Positions 30,603-40,138 of a DNA stretch of 64,000 nt are shown one piece after another. Numbering within the stretch: the stretch's first letter is position 1; each line of letters opens with the position of its first letter. Below the pieces are notes generated by a model. It saw nothing but the letters and a program-made list of their open reading frames with translations. It did no database searches and was not told the DNA's origin. The stretch lies in the NCBI GenBank assembly GCA_963665815.1, contig OY762463.1, forward strand, positions 3,136,001-3,200,000, read 5' to 3'. This DNA is from Candidatus Cloacimonadales bacterium (GTDB lineage: Bacteria > Cloacimonadota > Cloacimonadia > Cloacimonadales > JAIOQZ01). The translations under genes and the position numbers were made by a program.

Positions 30603-31631
30603 ATGAAGAATTATAAAACTAGAATCAAAAGAATATTTGTCGCATTAATAATGTTAATCCTGTATATGCCACTACAGGCTGGTGTTTATACAGGAGATTT
30701 TATATTTATAGGAACCGGTGTTAAATCCCTCAGTATGGGAGGGGCATTTTCAGCAGTTGCCGATGACCCTTCTGCTGTTTACTGGAATCCTTCAGGAATA
30801 GCACAGATAAGGAAAATTAAACTGGATTTCAACCATTCTTTCTTATATAGTAATATGGCAAGTTATGATGTGTTTACTTATTGCCAACCTCTTCCTAATT
30901 CTGTAACAATAGGACTTAACTGGACAAGGCTTACAATACCGGATATCAAGCATTTCAGTGAGTCTCATCTGATTGGATTGAGCAGCGATAAAAGAGCAGC
31001 AAACATTGATCTTCAACTGACAGGAATTGCAGACTCTTATTTTGATAACACAGATGATATTTTCTATTTCAATTTTGCAAAAAATATTCATAGAGATATT
31101 AACTTCGGCTGGTTTTTCTTTAAACTACCTGTTGATTTCAATTTTGGTGTAAACGTCAAATATATAAAAAGAGTTATTGATGACAAATCTGGAACAGGTG
31201 TCGGTTTTGATTTTGGTTTTATGGCACGAACAGATTTAGCAACATTGCTGGATGTTCCATGGATGGGAGATATATCTTTTGGCTATGTTATGAAGGATAT
31301 TGGCGGTACAACAATTTCATGGGATACAGACTCAAAGCATGAGGATGAAATTGACTATAATAAGAGGATTTCTTTTGCAGTAATTCAACCGGTGCCAAAG
31401 TATAATTCTGTTTTGACACTATCAGCCGATATTCATCGGGAAGATGAAAAAGTGTTACATCTCGGTTCTCAAGTTCAGTTCAGAAATAATTATTTTTTCA
31501 GAGCAGGATATTACGAAGAAAATTTCTCAGGTGGATTGGGATTTAAAATTAGAAATGTCACCATTGACTATGCAATTATTAGTAATGTACTTGGTCCAAC
31601 TAACAGACTCGGTGTATCCTTAGAGTTTTAG
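30603..31631 (+). CDS. PorV/PorQ (FadL-like) outer-membrane barrel
   Basis: GVKSLSMGGAFSAVADDPSAVYWNPSG, FRAGY, IDYA, terminal F. Confidence 0.85.
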   Translation: MKNYKTRIKRIFVALIMLILYMPLQAGVYTGDFIFIGTGVKSLSMGGAFSAVADDPSAVYWNPSGIAQIRKIKLDFNHSFLYSNMASYDVFTYCQPLPNSVTIGLNWTRLTIPDIKHFSESHLIGLSSDKRAANIDLQLTGIADSYFDNTDDIFYFNFAKNIHRDINFGWFFFKLPVDFNFGVNVKYIKRVIDDKSGTGVGFDFGFMARTDLATLLDVPWMGDISFGYVMKDIGGTTISWDTDSKHEDEIDYNKRISFAVIQPVPKYNSVLTLSADIHREDEKVLHLGSQVQFRNNYFFRAGYYEENFSGGLGFKIRNVTIDYAIISNVLGPTNRLGVSLEF

Positions 31632-31639
31632 GAGATAAT

Positions 31640-32458
31640 ATGAAATTTTATAGACTTCTAATTTTGATTGCTTTATTGTTAACTGCTATGTTAACTGCTT
31701 GTGATGACGGCAGTTCATCTGGTCCGGGAGATCCTCCGTGGAAACCGGATTTGATTCATCATATTGGGGATGCAGGTGATGTTGGACAAAAAAGCTATAT
31801 TGTGAATACACCTGATGGTGAAATAACAAACACAATAAATGTAGTGAATGACCATAATAATGGTATTGATGCGGTTTCAGATGGAAACTGGATTAAGATT
31901 CAATGGGTTCCATTTATAGATGATATTGAATATGTGAGAATTTATAGATTCAGAAAAGAACTTACCGGGATTGTTGATCACGTTCTTCTGGATTCAATAA
32001 GGACAGTGGATGATGAGTCTTATGTCGATAATTCCCTTAATGAAGTCAATATTGGACAGGAGCTATTCTACTATATTGAAATAGTTGATGAACACAGACA
32101 GTTTTCGATATCAGATACAGTATCTTATAAACTTGTTGGTAAAGCCTTGTTGAACAGCCCTGAAAATCAGGTCACGATAAATGGGAGTGACGTAATCAAT
32201 TTTGTATGGACAAGAATACCAAGTGGTTTAGTTGTAAAGTACAGGCTTTTGATTTTTAACGAGAATGATGAAATAGTATGGTCCTACGATGAGTATGATA
32301 TAGATCCGAGTGAATATGACCTGGAAGTGTTGTATAACATTCCTGACGATCTGGAAACAGGTACTTATTACTGGAGAGTTGATGCGTTTGGGAATGATAT
32401 TCTTGTAAACTCAGGATCTGAATCAGCTCTGAATATGTTCTATTATATAAAAAACTGA
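31640..32458 (+). CDS. Lipoprotein with Ig/FN3-like domains
   Basis: Lipobox LTAC; LNSPEN..FVW..YYWRVDA. Confidence 0.75.
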   Translation: MKFYRLLILIALLLTAMLTACDDGSSSGPGDPPWKPDLIHHIGDAGDVGQKSYIVNTPDGEITNTINVVNDHNNGIDAVSDGNWIKIQWVPFIDDIEYVRIYRFRKELTGIVDHVLLDSIRTVDDESYVDNSLNEVNIGQELFYYIEIVDEHRQFSISDTVSYKLVGKALLNSPENQVTINGSDVINFVWTRIPSGLVVKYRLLIFNENDEIVWSYDEYDIDPSEYDLEVLYNIPDDLETGTYYWRVDAFGNDILVNSGSESALNMFYYIKN

Positions 32459-32499
32459 TTTAACTAATAAAATAAAAAAAATGACATAAAGGGGAGAAA

Positions 32500-32982
32500 G
32501 TGAAGAAAATAATATTAGCTTTATTGATTCTAAGTTTTTGCTTAAGTATTATTGCAGAAGAATCCGTCAGTTTTCAATCTGCAAGCAATACATCCGCTTA
32601 TTTTTATTCAGGATCAATATCAGACTCCGAAAGGCTTAAGATATACACTTACGTCTGGGGTCAGGTAGAGAAAACAGGACTGTATATCGTTCCAGATAAC
32701 ACCGATCTGCTGGCATTAATATCTCTTGCCGGTGGTCCGACTGAAAATGCAAAGCTGGCAAACGTAAGAATAGTAAGACCTACTGCTGATGGAAGTAAGG
32801 TTATTTTTGTTGATTTAAAAAAGTACATTGAATCCGGGGATGAAGATCTTATTCCTGTATTGAAACCAGGAGATACGGTTATTGTTGCGGGTTCAATATA
32901 TTACGCATTCTTCCGGGTTGCAGATTTCATGTCAAAAGTAGCAATTGTTGTAAGTGTTATAGCAGCAATAAATAACATGTAA
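32500..32982 (+). CDS. SLBB-domain polysaccharide export protein (minimal Wza-like)
   Basis: Signal peptide, VWGQVEKTGLY..LISLAGG, LKPGDTVIV, C-terminal amphipathic helix; precedes Wzc. Confidence 0.8.
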   Translation: MKKIILALLILSFCLSIIAEESVSFQSASNTSAYFYSGSISDSERLKIYTYVWGQVEKTGLYIVPDNTDLLALISLAGGPTENAKLANVRIVRPTADGSKVIFVDLKKYIESGDEDLIPVLKPGDTVIVAGSIYYAFFRVADFMSKVAIVVSVIAAINNM

Positions 32983-32993
32983 CAGAGGAAAGT

Positions 32994-35270
32994 ATGGATA
33001 ATTTTGAAAAACATAATAATGATACTGAATTAAATCTCTCCGAATATATACGAATTATACTGCAATTCAAGTGGATTGTAATTCTGATATTTCTGACTAT
33101 TGTTTCAGGTGCTCTGATTTATACAATCAGATCACCTAAAGTATATCAAGCACATGCAAAAATTCTTCTCGAAGATAGGAAGGATATTGAGCTGTTCATG
33201 CCAACAGCAGGTATATCAGAGAATACATTGAATAATCAAATTGAAATCCTGAGAAGTAGACCTGTAATGGAGCTGGCTTATATTATTTTAAAAAAAGATG
33301 TTGAGTTTGATTCTTATCCGATAGCAGCATCAGCTAATCCTGTATCAAGAATACAAAGGATGATCGGTGTTGATAACAAAAATAGGACTGATATTCTGAT
33401 TGTTTCTTGTGAATCAACTGATCCCAGAGAGGCAACAAGTATAGCAAATGCTGCTGCTCAATCTCTCATACAATTGAACACATCATATGCCAGAACAGAA
33501 TTAACTGCTACGAGAAGATTTCTTGAGGACACTGTTGCATCAATGAATAGAAGACTGCGTAACTCAGAAGAGGATCTGAGGAACTATAAGCTTCTTCATG
33601 GGATCTCTCTTCTCTCAGAAGAAACAAAGAAACTTATTGAACAGGCATCTGATCTTGAGGCACTGCTAAAATCAGCCGAAACTGAGCTTGCTATTGCTGA
33701 TGAGAGATTAGATTATCTTGAATCTGAACTTGGTAAACAGGATTCTCTTTTACTTAATGTAAGTTCTGTACTATCATCTCCTCTGATGGAGCAAATGAGG
33801 ATGAGTTTAGTTGAATCACAAAGTCGCTATGCAAGACTGTTAGCAAAGAACGCTTACTCTGAAGATCATCCAGAGCTTATAGAGCTTCATGGTGAAATTG
33901 AAAATACCAAGCAAAAGCTTAATGAGGAAATTAAAAGAGCTGTAGCAATCAGAGCAGGATCCTCAGACCCTCTTAAATATAGATCAACAATTATTGAAAA
34001 TATTGCCTTGGCGAGGATTGATCAGAATGTTGCTCAATCAAAAGTGTTAAGTTTAAAGAACTCAGTTGAGGATTACGAACAGAAAATGAATCTTCTTCCT
34101 GATACTGAGCTCGAACTGGCAAGATTAGAGCGTAATTATCAAATGAATGCAAAGATATATGAAATGCATGTTGAACAATATGAATCTGCAAAGATAGCTG
34201 AACAAGGTAAAATGGGTAATATTCGTATGATTGAAGAAGCATCCAGACCTTTTTCTCCTATTAAACCACGAAAAACTATCAATATGATTGTTGGTGTTTT
34301 ACTTGGTTTGTTTGCAGGAATAAGTGTTGCATTTGTAATTCATTCACTTGATACTAAACTCAGAACACTCGATGATATGGAAAACTATGTAAAAATACCA
34401 ATTATCGGAACAATTCCATTCATACACGTATCAGAAACCGATATTGACGATTTGGATAAAATGATAGAAAAAGCAGAAGGTGAAGAGCGAAAACAGTTGA
34501 TGAGTTCACAATACAATATGATTGCTCGTCTTATTACGCATTATGCTCCGAAATCACCTGTTGCTGAAGCATACAGAACTCTTAGAACAAACATTGTTAC
34601 TAAGAAGAACGTTGGTGGTGGTCTGACAATACTTATTACAAGTTCCGGACCCAAGGAAGGTAAGTCTACAACTAATGCAAATCTTTCCATAACATTGGCA
34701 CAAATGGACTCTAAAGTAGTAATCATTGATTTTGACTTGAGACGCCCAATGATTCATAATCTTTTCAATTGTGATAAGGAAAGAGGATCAAGTGATTTCC
34801 TCAGTAACGCAGATACTAAAGTTGAAGATATCGTAAAACCAACACAGGTTAAGAATCTTGACATTATTACAAGTGGTTTTGTACCACCGAACCCATCTGA
34901 GATTATCTCATCATACAGACTGGATGAGATGCTTAACCAGTTAAGAAGGATTTATGACTTCATTATCATTGACTCTCCTCCAATAATTGCTGTGACAGAT
35001 GCATTGATAATTGCTAACAAGGTTGACCTTATGGCACTTGTTGTAAGAATTGGTGTAACTGACAGGGAGATTATCAAACGAACAAAAGAAATTCTCTCCA
35101 ATGTGAATGTAGAAATTACCGGAGTCATAGTTAATGGTATAGAAGTTCAGAAATACTATAGTGGTTATGGTTATTATTATTATTACTACTATTATTATTA
35201 CTACTATGGAGATAGAAATCAAAAAGAATTGCCAAGTAAAGGCGTACGCAAAAATAAACAGCTTTCTTAA
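32994..35270 (+). CDS. wzc: Wzc/CapB-type polysaccharide co-polymerase tyrosine autokinase
   Basis: Two TM helices flanking a coiled coil, EAYRTLRTN, Walker A GPKEGKST, IDFDLRRP, IIIDSPP, Tyr cluster. Confidence 0.93.
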   Translation: MDNFEKHNNDTELNLSEYIRIILQFKWIVILIFLTIVSGALIYTIRSPKVYQAHAKILLEDRKDIELFMPTAGISENTLNNQIEILRSRPVMELAYIILKKDVEFDSYPIAASANPVSRIQRMIGVDNKNRTDILIVSCESTDPREATSIANAAAQSLIQLNTSYARTELTATRRFLEDTVASMNRRLRNSEEDLRNYKLLHGISLLSEETKKLIEQASDLEALLKSAETELAIADERLDYLESELGKQDSLLLNVSSVLSSPLMEQMRMSLVESQSRYARLLAKNAYSEDHPELIELHGEIENTKQKLNEEIKRAVAIRAGSSDPLKYRSTIIENIALARIDQNVAQSKVLSLKNSVEDYEQKMNLLPDTELELARLERNYQMNAKIYEMHVEQYESAKIAEQGKMGNIRMIEEASRPFSPIKPRKTINMIVGVLLGLFAGISVAFVIHSLDTKLRTLDDMENYVKIPIIGTIPFIHVSETDIDDLDKMIEKAEGEERKQLMSSQYNMIARLITHYAPKSPVAEAYRTLRTNIVTKKNVGGGLTILITSSGPKEGKSTTNANLSITLAQMDSKVVIIDFDLRRPMIHNLFNCDKERGSSDFLSNADTKVEDIVKPTQVKNLDIITSGFVPPNPSEIISSYRLDEMLNQLRRIYDFIIIDSPPIIAVTDALIIANKVDLMALVVRIGVTDREIIKRTKEILSNVNVEITGVIVNGIEVQKYYSGYGYYYYYYYYYYYYGDRNQKELPSKGVRKNKQLS
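35172..35207 (+). repeat. (TAY)12 tract encoding 12 consecutive Tyr
   Basis: tat tat tat tat tac tac tat tat tat tac tac tat. Confidence 0.95.
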
Positions 35271-36051
35271 AGTCAAAGGCAGGCGAAATGATGGATTTCA
35301 CGAAATTGAAACAGTATTTCATGAGATTGATCTGCACGATAAATTAAATTTTGCTTTGACAAAGAATTGCAATATAAGGATTTTGTCCAACATAGAAAAC
35401 TTGGAAAGCAAGGATAACCTTGTTTTCCGAGTTTCGTTCTTTATGCAAAAAAAGTATAGAGTGGAAAGCGGATTAGAAATATATCTGGAAAAAAAAATAC
35501 CCATCGCAGCCGGTCTCGGAGGTGGAAGTAGTGATGCTGCTTCTACTATTATTACTTTGTCGCAATTATGGGACTTGAACCTTTGTGATGAAGAAATGAA
35601 CGAAATTGCGGCTGAATTCGGTAGTGATGTGAATTTCTTTCTTAAGGGAAATACAGCTGTCGGAACAGGTCGTGGAGAGAACATAAGCGAAATTCCTTAT
35701 TGGGATATAGATAACATTCTGCTGATTAATCCAAACTTTCACGTATCGAGCGGGGAAGCGTACAAGGGTTTTAAGCAAACCGTAATGGATTATACTGCAG
35801 ATGAATATGTAAACAGAAAAGATGTGTCACTGGCTTGTAATGATCTTGAACCGTTTATTGCCGGGAAGTTCCCGAAAGTAAAATCAATAATTGATTATTG
35901 CAGGAATAATGGTGCATTTTCAATACTATCTGGAAGTGGTCCGACTGTTATCTGCTTTTGCAGAAATGCAGGACAGGCTATGGAATTTATTGACTACTTT
36001 AAAAGCTCAGGTTATTGGACATACCTTACAAAAACTATAAAACGGATGTAA
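35206..36051 (+). CDS. ispE: 4-diphosphocytidyl-2-C-methyl-D-erythritol kinase
   Basis: AYAKIN, KKIPIAAGLGGGSSDAA, GSDV, LSGSGPT; only plausible ATG upstream of AKIN is at 35206. Confidence 0.92.
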   Translation: MEIEIKKNCQVKAYAKINSFLKVKGRRNDGFHEIETVFHEIDLHDKLNFALTKNCNIRILSNIENLESKDNLVFRVSFFMQKKYRVESGLEIYLEKKIPIAAGLGGGSSDAASTIITLSQLWDLNLCDEEMNEIAAEFGSDVNFFLKGNTAVGTGRGENISEIPYWDIDNILLINPNFHVSSGEAYKGFKQTVMDYTADEYVNRKDVSLACNDLEPFIAGKFPKVKSIIDYCRNNGAFSILSGSGPTVICFCRNAGQAMEFIDYFKSSGYWTYLTKTIKRM

Positions 36052-36052
36052 A

Positions 36053-36994
36053 ATGTTTTCAAGAATGAAAATTTTTTCAGGAAACTCAAACATAGAGTTA
36101 GCGAAAGAAGTAGCTAACTTCGCCGGTATTCCTCTTGGGGATGCGGATGTATTTAAATTTTCCAATGATGACAGTTTTGTGAAGATAAATGAGAATGTTC
36201 GTGGAGCAGATATTTTCATAATTCAGTCAACATGTATGCCTACAAATGATAATTTAATGGAGCTCCTTATCATGATTGATGCTTTTAAAAGGGCATCAGC
36301 TCAACGCATTAACTGTATAATTCCTTATTATGGTTATGCAAGATCGGATAAGAAAGATCAGCCAAGAGTGCCTATTACAGCTAAACTCGTTGCCGATCTG
36401 CTTGAAACTGCCGGAGCAGACAGAGTAATATCTGTAGATCTTCATGCAGAGCAGATTCAGGGTTTCTTTAATATTCCTGTAGATCATCTGATTTCGACTC
36501 CAATATTTGCCCGTCATATTAAGTCAAACATAGACAATGACGATGTTGTTGTTGTATCTCCTGATTCCGGAGGCGCAAACAGAGCACGTGAGTTGGCAAA
36601 GAGATTGAGGACAGGTTTAGCAATAGGTGATAAAAGACGTGTTGACAATAATGATAACGCTGAGATTCTTAATATCATCGGTGAAGTTGAAGGAAAAGTA
36701 GCGATTTTGTTCGATGATATTATTGATACAGGTGGTTCTCTCACTAAAATTGCTCAGGGATTGAAAGATCATGGAGCAAAGAAAGTATATGCTGCCTGTG
36801 TTCATGGTGTATTATCCGGAAACGCAGTGGAAAAGATAGATAATTCACCTATAGAAAAATTATTTATAACAAACACAGTTCCGCTTGGAGAGAAAAAAAG
36901 TGACAAGATTGTCCAGCTTTCCATTGCAGAACTGTTGGCTATTGCCGTTAAAAAGATTCATATCGAAGAGTCGATTAGTATATTATTCAGGTAG
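36053..36994 (+). CDS. prs: Ribose-phosphate pyrophosphokinase
   Basis: PYYGYARSD, DLHAEQIQGFF, SPDSGG, DDIIDTGGS. Confidence 0.97.
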   Translation: MFSRMKIFSGNSNIELAKEVANFAGIPLGDADVFKFSNDDSFVKINENVRGADIFIIQSTCMPTNDNLMELLIMIDAFKRASAQRINCIIPYYGYARSDKKDQPRVPITAKLVADLLETAGADRVISVDLHAEQIQGFFNIPVDHLISTPIFARHIKSNIDNDDVVVVSPDSGGANRARELAKRLRTGLAIGDKRRVDNNDNAEILNIIGEVEGKVAILFDDIIDTGGSLTKIAQGLKDHGAKKVYAACVHGVLSGNAVEKIDNSPIEKLFITNTVPLGEKKSDKIVQLSIAELLAIAVKKIHIEESISILFR

Positions 36995-37038
36995 AGCTTA
37001 TATAGCTCAAAGACAAAGTTAATTTAGTGGAGGAATGA

Positions 37039-37647
37039 ATGAATTTGAATTTGAATGCTGAAGTACGTGAACTTGGTACTAAAGCTGAAATGAACACTGC
37101 ACGTAAAGAGGGAAGAATCCCTGCGGTAATATATGGACAGGGAAATCCTGGTAAAAAAGTATTTATCGCTGAAAACGAATTTACGAAGCAGTTCAAAAAG
37201 AGCTTTGGACATGTTACGTTCTTTAATATTACTGTAGATGGTAAAGAGATTAAGACCATCATTAAGGATAAGCAAATTCATCCTGTATCAAGAAAAGTTC
37301 TTCATGTTGATTTTATGGAACTTCATGAAGGAACTGAAATCAGTCTTGATATACCAATTGTTCTTAATGGATCACCTGTAGGCGTAAAAGCAGGTGGAGT
37401 CATGGAAAATGGTATAAGAAGACTTCATGTATATAGTTTACCAATGCATATCAAAGAAGATATTCAGGTAGATATGTCACATTTGAAAATTGGTGACAGT
37501 ATTCATGTTGAAGATCTTGATCTTGGTGAAATGAAAACAAGAACAGCCGGTAGAGTTCTGGTTGTATCAGTACACGCTGTCAGAGGTGCTAAGTCTGCTG
37601 ACGAAGAAGATGAAGAAGAAGAAGAAGCTGTAGCTTCCGAAGAATAA
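37039..37647 (+). CDS. rplY: 50S ribosomal protein L25/Ctc
   Basis: RKEGRIPAVIYG, QIHPV..LHVDF, GVKAGG. Confidence 0.95.
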   Translation: MNLNLNAEVRELGTKAEMNTARKEGRIPAVIYGQGNPGKKVFIAENEFTKQFKKSFGHVTFFNITVDGKEIKTIIKDKQIHPVSRKVLHVDFMELHEGTEISLDIPIVLNGSPVGVKAGGVMENGIRRLHVYSLPMHIKEDIQVDMSHLKIGDSIHVEDLDLGEMKTRTAGRVLVVSVHAVRGAKSADEEDEEEEEAVASEE

Positions 37648-38276
37648 TGAAACTAATCGCAGGTCTGGGAAATCCGGGAAAGCACTATATCAGAAGCAGA
37701 CATAATATTGGTTTTATGCTGCTTGACAAAATTGCTGAAAGCAATGATAAAAGCTATACAGTTGCTGATGGTTATTCATACTTTATCTTAAATGATAATT
37801 ATTATGTAAAGCCTGAACTGTATATGAATAGAAGTGGAATTGTCATCCGTGAATTGATTGATAATATTGAATTTGATGATTTATTTATTATCGTGGATGA
37901 TATAAACCTGGATGTCGGAAAACTCAGATTCAGGCTCAAAGGCGGTGATGGCGGACATAACGGATTAAAATCCATTATTGAAAATGTCGGTCACAAAAAC
38001 TGGAAGAGACTGAGAATCGGAGTTGGCATGCCTGCAAAAGAAAACTTAAGTGATTTTGTTCTCGCTGATTTTTCCGAGGAAGAATTTAAGATTCTCGAAG
38101 AATTACTTGAACTATCGCAAAAATTTATTGAAATATACTGTAAAGACTCTTTTCAAAAAGCGCTGGATTTTGTAAGTAAAATTAAAAGTAAAACTGAAAA
38201 AGAAACTCAAAATCCTACTATTCTGGGAGAACCAGAATCATTAAGTCCAAAGGAGGAACCACTTGAAAAAGTATGA
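37647..38276 (+). CDS. pth: Peptidyl-tRNA hydrolase
   Basis: GLGNPG, RHNIGF, YMNRSG, GGHNGLKS, RLRIG. Confidence 0.95.
   Translation: MKLIAGLGNPGKHYIRSRHNIGFMLLDKIAESNDKSYTVADGYSYFILNDNYYVKPELYMNRSGIVIRELIDNIEFDDLFIIVDDINLDVGKLRFRLKGGDGGHNGLKSIIENVGHKNWKRLRIGVGMPAKENLSDFVLADFSEEEFKILEELLELSQKFIEIYCKDSFQKALDFVSKIKSKTEKETQNPTILGEPESLSPKEEPLEKV
38212..38256 (+). promoter_or_regulatory. Candidate S6:S18 autoregulatory leader within the pth tail
   Basis: ATTCTGG-gagaa-CCAGAAT hairpin; upstream TCCT can pair with the rpsF SD (AGGA); CC just before the SD. Confidence 0.3.
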
Positions 38277-38544
38277 AAGCATGATCATAATTGATCCAGA
38301 TTTAACTGAAGAAGATGCAGTTAAAGAAAACCAGATTGTTCTCGATCTGATCACAAGCGAAGACGGTGAAATAACTGAAACAGAAAAATGGGGAAAACGT
38401 CGTTTAGCTTACGAAATTCAAAAGAAAAGAGAAGGATATTATTTCCTTAACTACTTCACTGTAAAAGCTGAAGGTTTACCTGAATTAGAAAGACATTATC
38501 GATTAAATGAAAAAATATTACGTTACAATATTTTGTCCATCTAA
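38263..38544 (+). CDS. rpsF: 30S ribosomal protein S6
   Basis: YESMIII.P, WGKRRLAYEI; TTG start after AAGGAGG. Confidence 0.96.
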   Translation: MKKYESMIIIDPDLTEEDAVKENQIVLDLITSEDGEITETEKWGKRRLAYEIQKKREGYYFLNYFTVKAEGLPELERHYRLNEKILRYNILSI

Positions 38545-38561
38545 CTAAGCACGGAGGAGAA

Positions 38562-39002
38562 ATGGCAAAGAATTTAAGATTCCCTAGAGTTAACACAGTA
38601 ACAATAACCGGAAGACTGACAAGAGATATTGAATTAAGATATACTGCAGGCGGCACACCAGTTGCCTCTTTGCCAATAGCTTTTGAAAGGGTGTACAAGG
38701 ATAATTCCGGAGAGTTTCAAAAATCATCATCCTATATGGATGTAGTTGTTTGGAGTAAAAGAGCAGAGGAATGCGCTGAATACCTTGCAAAAGGCAGTGC
38801 AGTTCTGGTTGAAGGTTATCTTCAGACAAGATCCTATGAAACCAAAGAAGGACAAAAAAGAAAACTTACTGAAATTGTAGCTAATAAAGTTCATTTTCTG
38901 GAATGGAATGATAATGACGGTTCAAGTTCAAGCAAAGACTCAAATTTTGATAGTCTTTCTAACATGGAACCGGAAGTTACTGATGATGATGTACCATTCT
39001 AG
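38562..39002 (+). CDS. ssb: Single-stranded DNA-binding protein
   Basis: GRLTRDIELRYT, VEGYLQTR, DDDVPF tail. Confidence 0.96.
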   Translation: MAKNLRFPRVNTVTITGRLTRDIELRYTAGGTPVASLPIAFERVYKDNSGEFQKSSSYMDVVVWSKRAEECAEYLAKGSAVLVEGYLQTRSYETKEGQKRKLTEIVANKVHFLEWNDNDGSSSSKDSNFDSLSNMEPEVTDDDVPF

Positions 39003-39031
39003 AATGTATTAAGTCATAACAGGAGATAAAA

Positions 39032-39271
39032 ATGGCTAGATTTGATATGAAAAGAAAAAAAACATTTAAAAAGAAATTTTGCAAATTCTGTGCAAAAAAA
39101 GATTTAGAAATAAATTACAAAAATGTTGATCTGCTTCAGAAGTTTACTGCTGAATCAGGAAAAATTGAACCAACCAGAATCACTGGTACTTGCGCTAAGC
39201 ACCAGAGACAACTTGCCGGAGAAATTAAGAAAGCAAGACAAATGGCTTTACTGCCATACAAAGTTGATTAA
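39032..39271 (+). CDS. rpsR: 30S ribosomal protein S18 (Zn-binding form)
   Basis: [22 protein letters not shown]. Confidence 0.96.
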   Translation: MARFDMKRKKTFKKKFCKFCAKKDLEINYKNVDLLQKFTAESGKIEPTRITGTCAKHQRQLAGEIKKARQMALLPYKVD

Positions 39272-39274
39272 TTA

Positions 39275-40138
39275 GTGTTTGCAAATATACACCCGATACT
39301 AGGTGCTCTACTGGGTACCAAAATCCCTGTACTGGGAACGATCTTTACAATAATCATAAGTGGTAAGTATCTGAAAGAAAATAAAGCAGATATACGAATC
39401 CTTACAATCGTAAGTGTTGTTACTCTCGCTGTTGCATACTTCACTGGTATTGCAACCCGACTTGATGCACTTACGGGTTTACTGAGCGTTACGTTGCTCT
39501 ATCCCGTTTATTTTACGATAATGAATCGGAAAGACTTCAAGTATGCAATGTATTCACAATATGGGATCACGATAATTATTCTGCTTGTTTTTCACAGTTA
39601 TATCAGAACAACAATACTTAATGGAATTAACGAACTTGTTGACGTACTGATGCAGACGGATCCGGAAGCATTACCGGATAATTTCGAGGATACACATAAA
39701 CTGATGGTCAGTCTGGTGCAGAATTACATTGTACCCGTACTTGGAGTAAATATTCTTTTTATGATGTATCTCGGATCAAGAATAGCGGTTAGGATGGGAA
39801 TTATCAGATGGGATCATCTGAATTTTCGAAATGCCTATAGTTTGATTTATCTTTTGATAGCTTCAATAGTGTTATTCTTGATGCAGCCGACCAGAATAAT
39901 TGGTTCGAATTTTGCAATAATTGTACTTGCTCTGTATTTTATTCAGGGTATATCAGTTCTTGAGTTCCGGTGGCAGAATCTGCTTAGAAGCAATGTTCTG
40001 GCAAAAGTATTTTTTGTACTGATTTTATTCAGTCCTTACACATGGATTATTATCTCGTTGATCGGGGTATTTGATACATGGTTAAATTCTAGAAAACTCG
40101 TAACTCGGAGGAAAAATGGAAATAATCTTAATGAATGA
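39275..40138 (+). CDS. YybS/DUF2232-like membrane protein
   Basis: Multi-TM, YFIQGISV and IGVFDTW motifs, between rpsR and rplI. Confidence 0.75.
   Translation: MFANIHPILGALLGTKIPVLGTIFTIIISGKYLKENKADIRILTIVSVVTLAVAYFTGIATRLDALTGLLSVTLLYPVYFTIMNRKDFKYAMYSQYGITIIILLVFHSYIRTTILNGINELVDVLMQTDPEALPDNFEDTHKLMVSLVQNYIVPVLGVNILFMMYLGSRIAVRMGIIRWDHLNFRNAYSLIYLLIASIVLFLMQPTRIIGSNFAIIVLALYFIQGISVLEFRWQNLLRSNVLAKVFFVLILFSPYTWIIISLIGVFDTWLNSRKLVTRRKNGNNLNE

Noticed and set aside
35161-35207. TAT/TAC tract as a phase-variation switch or IspE N-terminal extension
   Set aside because: Triplet unit changes keep the frame; the IIIITT extension is just the alternate reading of the Tyr tract
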